From positions 120,001 to 152,000 of the forward strand of contig NZ_AP013043.1 in assembly GCF_016592615.1 (NCBI RefSeq): 32,000 nucleotides of DNA. Reading direction: 5' to 3'. This document shows positions 21,414 through 32,000 of this stretch, in pieces (the stretch's first letter is position 1; every line of letters starts with the position of its first letter). The notes below the pieces were generated by a model, which was not told the DNA's origin, made no database searches, and was given only the letters and a program-made list of their open reading frames with translations. The stretch comes from Isorropodon fossajaponicum endosymbiont JTNG4 (GTDB lineage: Bacteria > Pseudomonadota > Gammaproteobacteria > PS1 > Pseudothioglobaceae). The position numbers and the translations under genes were made by a program.

Positions 21414-22448
21414 GTGGATGAACAGAAAAAACAAGCCCTAAAAGCAGCTCTTGCACAGATTGATAAGCAATTTGGCAAAGGCTCAGTTATATTTTTAGGC
21501 GACGATCAAGCTCAAAGTGATATTGAGGTGGTTTCTACAGGTAGTTTAAGTCTAGATATTGCCTTAGGTATTGGTGGCTTGCCTAGGGGGCGAGTGGTTG
21601 AAATTTATGGTCCTGAGTCATCAGGCAAAACAACGCTGACATTGCACGTGATTGCCGAGGTGCAAAAACTAGGTGGCATAGCAGCCTTTATTGATGCTGA
21701 ACATGCGCTTGACCCTAAATATGCTAAATGTTTGGGCGTTAATACGGACGATTTATTAATTTCACAGCCTGATACTGGTGAGCAAGCATTGGAAATTACA
21801 GATATGTTGGTGCGTTCAGGTAGTGTGGATATTGTAGTGATTGACTCTGTTGCGGCATTAACGCCCAAGGCAGAAATAGAGGGTGAAATGGGCGCTTCAC
21901 ATATGGGGCTTCAAGCTCGACTTATGTCTCAAGCGCTTAGAAAACTCACCTCAAACATTAAGCGAACTAACACTATGGTAATTTTTATCAACCAATTACG
22001 CATGAAAATTGGTGTTATGTTTGGTAACCCTGAAACTACAACGGGTGGTAATGCGTTAAAATTTTACGCCTCAGTACGCTTAGATATTCGCCGTATTGGC
22101 GCAATCAAAAAAGGCGATGAAATTTTAGGCAATGAAACACGCGTTAAAGTATTAAAAAACAAAGTCGCACCACCTTTCAAACAAGCAGAATTTCAAATTC
22201 TTTACAACGAAGGCATTTCACTTGAAAGTGAAATAATTGATTTAGGCGTGAAGCATGGCTTTGTCGAGAAAGCAGGTGCTTGGTATAGCGTTGAAGGGGA
22301 GAGAATTGGTCAAGGTAAAGACAACGCTCGTGAATATTTAAAAGCTAACCCTGAGCTTAGTCAAAAAATTGAGACACAAATTCGTGAAAAATTACTAGCT
22401 AAAGAGTCAGGTATTGAAAAGGACGTTAGCAATCAAGACACCAACTAA
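21414..22448 (+). CDS. recA: recombinase RecA
   Basis: The start was reset to the GTG at 21414, which follows [31 protein letters not shown] aligns with the E. coli RecA N-terminus. The ORF-track start at 21363 is an upstream GTG extension. The protein has Walker [10 protein letters not shown] and the loop regions. Confidence 0.97.
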   Translation: MDEQKKQALKAALAQIDKQFGKGSVIFLGDDQAQSDIEVVSTGSLSLDIALGIGGLPRGRVVEIYGPESSGKTTLTLHVIAEVQKLGGIAAFIDAEHALDPKYAKCLGVNTDDLLISQPDTGEQALEITDMLVRSGSVDIVVIDSVAALTPKAEIEGEMGASHMGLQARLMSQALRKLTSNIKRTNTMVIFINQLRMKIGVMFGNPETTTGGNALKFYASVRLDIRRIGAIKKGDEILGNETRVKVLKNKVAPPFKQAEFQILYNEGISLESEIIDLGVKHGFVEKAGAWYSVEGERIGQGKDNAREYLKANPELSQKIETQIREKLLAKESGIEKDVSNQDTN

Positions 22449-22860
22449 TCAAGTTTACCAGCAGGCATTAAGTTTACTGGCTCAGCGTGAGCATTCTGCT
22501 TTAGAACTGACACGAAAACTAAGCGCCAAAAGTTATGCTGTTGAAGAAATAGAGCCAGCTTTAGTGCAACTAGCACAAAATAATTATCAAAGCGATGAGC
22601 GCTTTGCTGAGGCATTTGTACTTATGCGTACTAATCAAGGCAAGGGTAGTGTGCTAATCAGCCAACAACTCAAACAAAAAGGCATTGAAGATTTTGATTT
22701 ATCAACCATTGATTTTTTTGAACTTGCTAGTAATGTACGAGTAAAAAAATATGGTGAACAATTGCCTAAAAATTATAAAGAAAAAGCCAAACAGCAACGT
22801 TTTTTGCAATCTAGAGGCTTTGGATTTGATGAAATTAATCAAGCGTTCAATTGTGAATAA
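22414..22860 (+). CDS. recX: recombination regulator RecX
   Basis: 148 aa with a RecX-like three-repeat helical pattern ([21 protein letters not shown]..., [19 protein letters not shown], ...RFLQSRGF). It lies immediately after recA. The only in-frame start candidate is the TTG at 22414, which overlaps the last 35 nt of recA, so the exact start is uncertain. Confidence 0.85.
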   Translation: MKRTLAIKTPTNQVYQQALSLLAQREHSALELTRKLSAKSYAVEEIEPALVQLAQNNYQSDERFAEAFVLMRTNQGKGSVLISQQLKQKGIEDFDLSTIDFFELASNVRVKKYGEQLPKNYKEKAKQQRFLQSRGFGFDEINQAFNCE

Positions 22861-22870
22861 ACTATTCACC

Positions 22871-23216
22871 ATGCAATCTCCTTTGTATATCAAATACCCT
22901 AATGGTGAAACAAGAGTTATAGAAGCCTTATTTGAACATCCAGAGGGTATTTTGTATTTTGAACTTTTTTTGGAAAAAGACCCAACTTATAGTATTCATA
23001 TTATTAAAGACGAGGTGATGGGCGATGGTCCTTGGAAAGTTGGGCAGTGTTCGTTACACGTATTGGGGTGTAATCATACACACCCACAGTTGTGTGAAAT
23101 GCGTGCATTTTGGCAACAAGAATTATTGCAAAATCCAGACCAGTTTAGAGCCAATGACATGGTGAAAATTGCTTGTAAAAAAAGTGCGTTTTTACCCGGT
23201 GATTACCCGATAAACG

Positions 23217-23230
<14 letters not shown>
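22871..23230 (+). CDS. hypothetical cytoplasmic protein with a dense Cys/His cluster
   Basis: 119 aa counted from the ATG at 22871. The ORF-track start at 22751 lies inside recX. There is no signal peptide or TM segment. The cluster is C-x2-H-x3-C-x-H-x-H-x3-C (CSLHVLGCNHTHPQLC, nt 23048-23095). The stop overlaps the downstream ABC gene start by 14 nt. I recognise no family. Confidence 0.55.
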
Positions 23231-26437
<3,207 letters not shown>

Positions 26438-26458
<21 letters not shown>

Positions 26459-28285
26459 TTGTTTGTCAAAATATACATCAAGCACCTGACGTGCAATTGG
26501 CGCTGCTTTTGAGCTGCCATTGCCTGCATTTTCAACAATAATGGCGATGGCTATTTCTGGGTTTTCAATAGGGGCAAAGCCAGTAAATAAAGCATGATCC
26601 CGTAATTTTTCATCAAGTTTTTCTGCAATGTATTGCTCTTCAGCGTCAAGACCGAACACTTGTGCGGTTCCAGTTTTCCCAGCCAGGGTATAAGTTAAAC
26701 CCTTATTAAGTCTTCTGGTAGTGCCTTTAGGACCATAGACGGCTTGTTTCATGCCGTCAATCACATCCTCCCAATTTTGAATATTTTTGATTGGAATTTG
26801 TATATGATGACCTTTCTTAGATTCAATGATTATATTGCCAGGCACCTGCGTATTTTTAAGTAAGGTTGGTTGAAACAAAAGCCCCTTGCTGGCAATCGCT
26901 GCTGTGGCAACTGCAAGCTGCAAAGGAGTAACAGTTATAAATCCTTGACCAATGCCTGTAATTAAGGTTTCTCCTCGGTACCAAGGCTCATTTTTATTAA
27001 TTTTTTTCCAAGCTTTAGAGGGTAGAATACCAGCACTTTCTCCAGGAATATCAATACCTGTTTTTCGGCCAAAATTAAACAAGCCTAAATTATCACGTAA
27101 TTTGTTAATACCTAGCTTATTTGCTAAATCATAAAAAAATACATCACACGATTGCGCGATGGAGTCTTTGACATTGACGTGCCCATGCCCTGTTTTTTTC
27201 CAGTCGTTAAATTTTCGTTTAACGTTGGGTAATTTGTAATAACCTGGGCAGAAGGTGCTACTTTTATTAGTAATAATGCCTTCTTCCAAGCCTGCTAGAG
27301 CTATTATAGGTTTAATCGTAGATCCTGGGGGATACAGCCCTTGAACGGCACGGTTAAGTTGAGGGATATTTGTTGAAGTTTGTAACCGGTTATAGTTCGT
27401 ATGTGATATGCCATTAACAAACCAGTTTGGATTATAGATGGGCGTACTAACTAGCGTTAATATTTCCCCATTTCTGACATCCATAACTACAATTGAACCA
27501 CGTTTGCCTTTAAGTAATGTCTCTGCTTTTTTTTGCATATCTAAGTCAATGCTTAGATATAAATTCTCACCGGTAATAGCAGGTTTAATAACTTGGGTGT
27601 CGATAACTCTGCCATTTACATTTCGTTCAATTTGTTGTAAGCCATTAGTGCCATGCAGTAGTGTTTCGTATTGTTTTTCAATGCCGGTTTTACCTACAAA
27701 TAAGGTTCCTGAATAGTTTTTCTTGTCATAAAAAAGCTTGTCTTTCTTAGTCATCCTGGAAACATAACCAATGACATGAACGCCGGAATCCTGGTTAGGA
27801 TAAATTCGATGAAAATAAGGCTCTATATTTACACCAATAAAAGCATTGCTAATTAAGAATTTTGCAACCTGGGTCTCATTAAGATTATATTTGATTGGGA
27901 TGCTATGAAATTTTTGATAACGCCTTGCATTTTTATTAAAGCTTTTGATGTTATTATCATTGATAAAGCCAGCTTTTTTGAGTTGTTGTAGTGTTTTAGT
28001 AATGTTTTTAGTTTTTTCTTGTGTTAAGGTTAGCCGAAATGCCAGCTTGTTAGTGGCTAAAACATTACCATGGCGATCAAATATTTTTCCTCTACTGGGT
28101 GTTATGGGCAGAGTGCGCATTTGGTTGCCTAAAGCCTCTTCTAAGTAATACTCATGATTTACTATTTGTAAATTGTAAATTCTAACCACTAATAAAGCAG
28201 TTAGTAAAAACATAAAAATAAGCGCTAGCCTTAGCCTAGAAAAGAGAGTTTTGTTTTCAAATTGAGTATTATTTATACTTTGCAT
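26438..28285 (-). CDS. mrdA: penicillin-binding protein 2 (elongasome transpeptidase)
   Basis: The start was set at the ATG at 28285. MQSINNTQFENKTLFSRLRLA... aligns with the E. coli PBP2 N-terminus. The ORF-track start at 28315 is 10 codons further upstream. It has a TM anchor, the PSRGKIFDRHGNVLA motif, and the transpeptidase motifs STIKP, SCD and KTGTA. Confidence 0.94.
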
Positions 28286-28740
28286 TTTGATAATAAAAAC
28301 CGAACGATTGGCCAAACTAACGCGCTAGTGAACGGCGCTAAAAATAAGTAATAGTTGATGACAAAACCCTGTGTTAATACAAAGGTTAGTAAGAAAAATG
28401 CCAGATAAATACTGCTAGATATAAACACATAGATTTGTTGAGTACTTAGGTTAGATACAAAAAATGATTGTTTGACATTACTAATAAATAGGCTACTCAA
28501 TATGAGTGCCAAGGCATTTTGCCCTAAAATATCACCATGTAAAACATCAGCAAGCACGCCAAGAATGAGTGCAATAAAAAATTTAGCCCTGGTTGGAAAA
28601 TATACCAACCAGTAGATATAAAAAAGTAACAACCAAAATGCAGATGCATCTAATAGCGCGTCATTCAGGGGTATTACACTTAAAATTAATGCAAAAAAAG
28701 TAATCTTAGTTAGAAATATGTAAGGGCGCTGTGCGTTCAT
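28273..28740 (-). CDS. mreD: rod shape-determining protein MreD
   Basis: 155 aa and polytopic hydrophobic. It lies between mreC and mrdA in the conserved position. Its 3' end overlaps mrdA. Confidence 0.85.
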   Translation of the reverse strand: MNAQRPYIFLTKITFFALILSVIPLNDALLDASAFWLLLFYIYWLVYFPTRAKFFIALILGVLADVLHGDILGQNALALILSSLFISNVKQSFFVSNLSTQQIYVFISSSIYLAFFLLTFVLTQGFVINYYLFLAPFTSALVWPIVRFLLSKCKV

Positions 28741-28742
28741 GG

Positions 28743-29537
28743 TTAATCGGTCGCAATAATGACAAATTCTAGTTGCTCTAGTATTTGAGCGGGTTTTAAT
28801 TGGATATGCAAGAAGGGCTCGTTTTGGTGTTCTTCTACGCGAATTACTGTTCCTAGTGGATATCCATCTGGAAATTTTGAACCGATCGCGCTACTTAGAA
28901 ATATATCACCCACTTTAACATCTAAATTAGGTTCGATAAACTCAATATCTAATAGATGATTGTTCTCAGCAACGCCTCTACTAATACCGCGAATACCACT
29001 ACGTTCATTTTTAACAGGTACGTGTTGAGTAGGGTCACTGACTATTAATATGGTTGAATATAGTGGCGTTGTTCGCGATACTTGTCCAATAATACCTTTA
29101 GCGCTTAAGGCGACCTGTCCAACCTTGATGCCGCTACTACTGCCTTTGTCAATAATAATTTGTTTTTTGAGTCTAGATTGACTGAGTGCACTTATTCTTG
29201 CCAAGGTAAAATTTTGTTGCTTGATGGCATAACTTGAACCTAAAAGCGCTTGGAGTTTTTTATTTTCAAGCGTTAAAGCGTTATAAGTTTGTAATCTTGC
29301 TTTGAGCTTTAATAGTTCACGATGTAAATTATTATTATTTCTGATTAATTGACCTTTGCTAGTGCCTAGCTCATCAATCCAAATATAAATTTGTGAAGGC
29401 AGGTTTACCATCATATAGATAGGTGATATTAAGGTTGCAATTGGTTGTCTTAAGTGGTTAAGATATGAGAACTTATAATCAGAGAGTATAAGTATTATAG
29501 CGATAATGACAGGGATAAAAAGTTTAAGAAACTTCAT
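28743..29537 (-). CDS. mreC: rod shape-determining protein MreC
   Basis: 264 aa. It has an N-terminal TM helix, a coiled-coil (LKLKARLQTYNALTLENKKLQALL) and beta-rich MreC domains (GIIGQVSRTTPLYSTILIVSDP, GIRGI, GDIFLSS...FPDGYPLG). Confidence 0.93.
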   Translation of the reverse strand: MKFLKLFIPVIIAIILILSDYKFSYLNHLRQPIATLISPIYMMVNLPSQIYIWIDELGTSKGQLIRNNNNLHRELLKLKARLQTYNALTLENKKLQALLGSSYAIKQQNFTLARISALSQSRLKKQIIIDKGSSSGIKVGQVALSAKGIIGQVSRTTPLYSTILIVSDPTQHVPVKNERSGIRGISRGVAENNHLLDIEFIEPNLDVKVGDIFLSSAIGSKFPDGYPLGTVIRVEEHQNEPFLHIQLKPAQILEQLEFVIIATD

Positions 29538-29572
29538 GTTGGCAACCCTATGAATCGTTAATCAATATTTAA

Positions 29573-30604
29573 CTACTCAGCAGCTAAAAATCCCATATTG
29601 TGTTCAGATATCATACTAAGTGCAACACCACCACCACGGGCAACACAAGTGAGTGGGTCGTCAGCAATGCGCACTGGTAGATTGGTTTCTTGACCAATAA
29701 GCTTATCAAGGCCGTCTAAAAGTGCACCGCCACCTGTGAGGACCAAGCCATTCTCAGCAATGTCAGAACTTAACTCTGGCGGGGTTTTCTCTAGTGCAGT
29801 TCTAATAGCGCTAATAATCATTTTAAGTGGCTCTTGTAAGGCTTGTAAAATTTCAGTATTGGTTATATTAAAACTCACTGGAATGCCTTTGGCAACATCA
29901 CGACCTCTAAATTGCATTTCTTTAATAGCAGTTGATTTAAAGGCAGAACCAACCTCTTCTTTAATTTTCTCAGCAGTAGAATAACCAATAATAATACCGT
30001 GTTCACGGCGTACGAATTTGACAATCGTGTCATCAAATACATCACCACCTACGCGCAGTGAGTCAGAATATACAATGCCATTTAGTGACATGATTGCAAT
30101 TTCAGTTGTGCCACCGCCAATATCAATAACCATAGCACCTGAGGCCTCTTCAATTGCCATGCCCGCACCCAGTGCTGCTGCCATTGGTTCCTCAATTAAA
30201 TAAACATCACGCGCACCTGCACCGACAGCGCTTTCTTTAATAGCGCGACGTTCAACTTGAGTTGCACCACAAGGCACGCAGATAAGCACTTTAGGGCTGG
30301 GTGAAAAAAAACCAGAACGCAACACCTTACGAATAAAGTGCTGTAACATTTTTTCAGTAATTTTAAAATCAGCAATAACGCCATCTTTCATCGGCCTGAT
30401 AGCTTCAATAGAGCCAGGTGTTCTACCTAGCATATTTTTAGCATCTTGACCTACAGCAATGACAGTTGATTCTAGCGACCCTCTGTCGTTATAAATGGCA
30501 ACTACTGATGGCTCATTAAGTACCACAGCACCATCCATATAAATTAATGTATTAGCCGTGCCTAAGTCGATAGAAAGACTTTGACCTTTTAAAAAATCAA
30601 ACAT
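29573..30604 (-). CDS. mreB: rod shape-determining actin homolog MreB
   Basis: 343 aa ([33 protein letters not shown]). Confidence 0.98.
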   Translation of the reverse strand: MFDFLKGQSLSIDLGTANTLIYMDGAVVLNEPSVVAIYNDRGSLESTVIAVGQDAKNMLGRTPGSIEAIRPMKDGVIADFKITEKMLQHFIRKVLRSGFFSPSPKVLICVPCGATQVERRAIKESAVGAGARDVYLIEEPMAAALGAGMAIEEASGAMVIDIGGGTTEIAIMSLNGIVYSDSLRVGGDVFDDTIVKFVRREHGIIIGYSTAEKIKEEVGSAFKSTAIKEMQFRGRDVAKGIPVSFNITNTEILQALQEPLKMIISAIRTALEKTPPELSSDIAENGLVLTGGGALLDGLDKLIGQETNLPVRIADDPLTCVARGGGVALSMISEHNMGFLAAE

Positions 30605-30694
30605 AAAAATTCCCAGTTAAGTATTCGTAAAATAAAGAGATATAATACTATAAATAATCAGTAAAAATTAAGCAATAATTAACGCCTTATAAAT

Positions 30695-32000
30695 ATGAAA
30701 ATTAAGCAAAAACATGTCATAGAAAGCATTTTTAATGCCTTGCAATATATTTCTTATTATCACAGTCCTGATTTTATTCAGGCCATGACCAATGCTTATG
30801 AAAAAGAAACTCACAAGTCTGCAAAAAATGCCATTGCACAAATTCTTATTAATTCAAAAATGGCAGCCTTAGGTAAGCGTCCAATGTGCCAAGATACTGG
30901 CATTGTCAATGTGTTTGTTGAGGTAGGTATGGATGTCGTTTGGGTGGCTGATTTATCATTAGAAGACATGATTAATGAAGGCGTTCGTCAGGCATTTACC
31001 TATGCAGATAATCCTCTTAGGGCATCGATTGTAAGAGACCCTCTATTTACTAGGGTGAACACTAAAGACAACACACCGGCAGTTATTCATATGAAAGTTG
31101 TTAAGGGCAATCAACTTAATTTTATTGTGGCAGCCAAAGGCTGTGGTTCTGAAAATAAGGCAAAATTTAGCATACTTGCACCAGATGATAATATTGTTGA
31201 TTGGGTGCTAAAAACCATACCAACCATGGGTGCTGGTTGGTGTCCGCCAGGTATGATTGGTATTGGCGTTGGTGGTACAGCTGAAAAAGCTATGCTAATG
31301 GCAAAAGAAAGTTTGATGGAGCCTATTGATATTCAAAATATTGCACAAAAATCAAACCAAAGTAACCTTGAAAGACTGCGCCTTAAGTTGTTTGATAAAA
31401 TTAATTATTTAGGTATTGGTGCGCAAGGTTTGGGCGGTTTGACAACGGTACTAGATGTCAAAATTAAAGACTACCCAACTCACGTCGCCTCTCAAGCAGT
31501 GGCAATGATTCCTAATTGTGCAGCGACACGTCATTTACACTTTTCACTTGATGGCTCAGGTGTGGCGCAAATGCCACAGGTAGATATGGACAGTTATCCT
31601 CAATTAGAGATGGATTATGCGCAATATAAAAAAATTGATTTAAACAATTTAACACGCAAACAAATGACTCAGTGGCATATGGGTGATACCTTGTTATTAA
31701 CAGGCACAATTATTACCGGGCGAGATGCAGCACATAAACGCCTTAAGCAAATGCTTGATAATGGAGAAGGCTTGCCAGAGGGTGTAGATTTTGACAATAA
31801 ATTTATTTATTATGTTGGTCCAGTGGACGCTGTTGGTGATGAAGTTATTGGTCCAGCAGGTCCTACTACCGCTACGCGTATGGATAAATTTACTGATATG
31901 ATGTTGGATAATACCAATATTTTAGGCATGATTGGTAAGGCAGAACGTGGCGAGGCTACTACGCAAGCTATTAAAAAACACAAGGTCACGTATCTTATTG
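30695..32000 (+). CDS. class I fumarate hydratase (Fe-S type hydro-lyase, fused alpha and beta domains); 3' end lies outside the window
   Basis: This ORF is not in the supplied track because it has no stop inside the window. I translated it by hand from the ATG at 30695 and found it open to nt 32000, about 435 codons. The translation reads MKIKQKHVIESI...KRPMCQDTGIVNVFVEVG...AAKGCGSENKAKF...GAGWCPPGMIGIGVGGTAEKA...IPNCAATRHLHF. A beta-type domain follows: GDTLLLTGTIITGRDAAHKRL...GPAGPTTATRMD. Confidence 0.9.
   Translation, partial: MKIKQKHVIESIFNALQYISYYHSPDFIQAMTNAYEKETHKSAKNAIAQILINSKMAALGKRPMCQDTGIVNVFVEVGMDVVWVADLSLEDMINEGVRQAFTYADNPLRASIVRDPLFTRVNTKDNTPAVIHMKVVKGNQLNFIVAAKGCGSENKAKFSILAPDDNIVDWVLKTIPTMGAGWCPPGMIGIGVGGTAEKAMLMAKESLMEPIDIQNIAQKSNQSNLERLRLKLFDKINYLGIGAQGLGGLTTVLDVKIKDYPTHVASQAVAMIPNCAATRHLHFSLDGSGVAQMPQVDMDSYPQLEMDYAQYKKIDLNNLTRKQMTQWHMGDTLLLTGTIITGRDAAHKRLKQMLDNGEGLPEGVDFDNKFIYYVGPVDAVGDEVIGPAGPTTATRMDKFTDMMLDNTNILGMIGKAERGEATTQAIKKHKVTYLI

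Overview
This is an AT-rich gammaproteobacterial chromosome segment that is almost entirely core housekeeping genes, packed tightly with many start/stop overlaps. The gene order is as follows.

- **Plus strand, 1-16904:** rplJ (3' part), rplL, rpoB, rpoC, then trpE, then a truncated thiosulfate-oxidation cluster soxX-soxY-soxZ-soxA plus a small secreted ORF, then dnaE.
- **Minus strand, 16901-21346:** a heavily decayed comEC/rec2 pseudogene, then ribD-coaBC.
- **Plus strand, 21414-26458:** recA, recX, a small Cys/His-rich hypothetical, an Atm1-like ABC exporter, tgt, and a frameshifted small ORF.
- **Minus strand, 26438-30604:** mreB-mreC-mreD-mrdA.
- **Plus strand, 30695-32000:** a class I (Fe-S) fumarate hydratase that runs off the right edge. 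It is missing from the supplied ORF track.

Several ORF-track starts are over-extended or use alternative codons, and I re-set them from RBS position and N-terminal homology. These are soxY, soxA, recA, tgt, mrdA and the hypothetical at 22871.

I saw no tRNA or rRNA genes, CRISPR arrays, transposases, integrases or phage genes. The combination of soxXYZA, low GC, gene overlaps and a decaying competence gene next to intact recA suggests a streamlined sulfur-oxidising lineage such as the SUP05 clade or vesicomyid-clam symbionts. That assignment is inference from memory and has not been verified by a search.

I do not see a clear multi-gene novel system. The best leads are:
- the small secreted ORF after soxA, a possible SoxK;
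- the Cys/His-rich ORF translationally coupled to the Atm1-like exporter;
- the terminator-like hairpin directly upstream of the soxX ribosome-binding site, within a 336-bp leader;
- the frameshifted receiver-like ORF after tgt;
- the multi-frameshift comEC relic.
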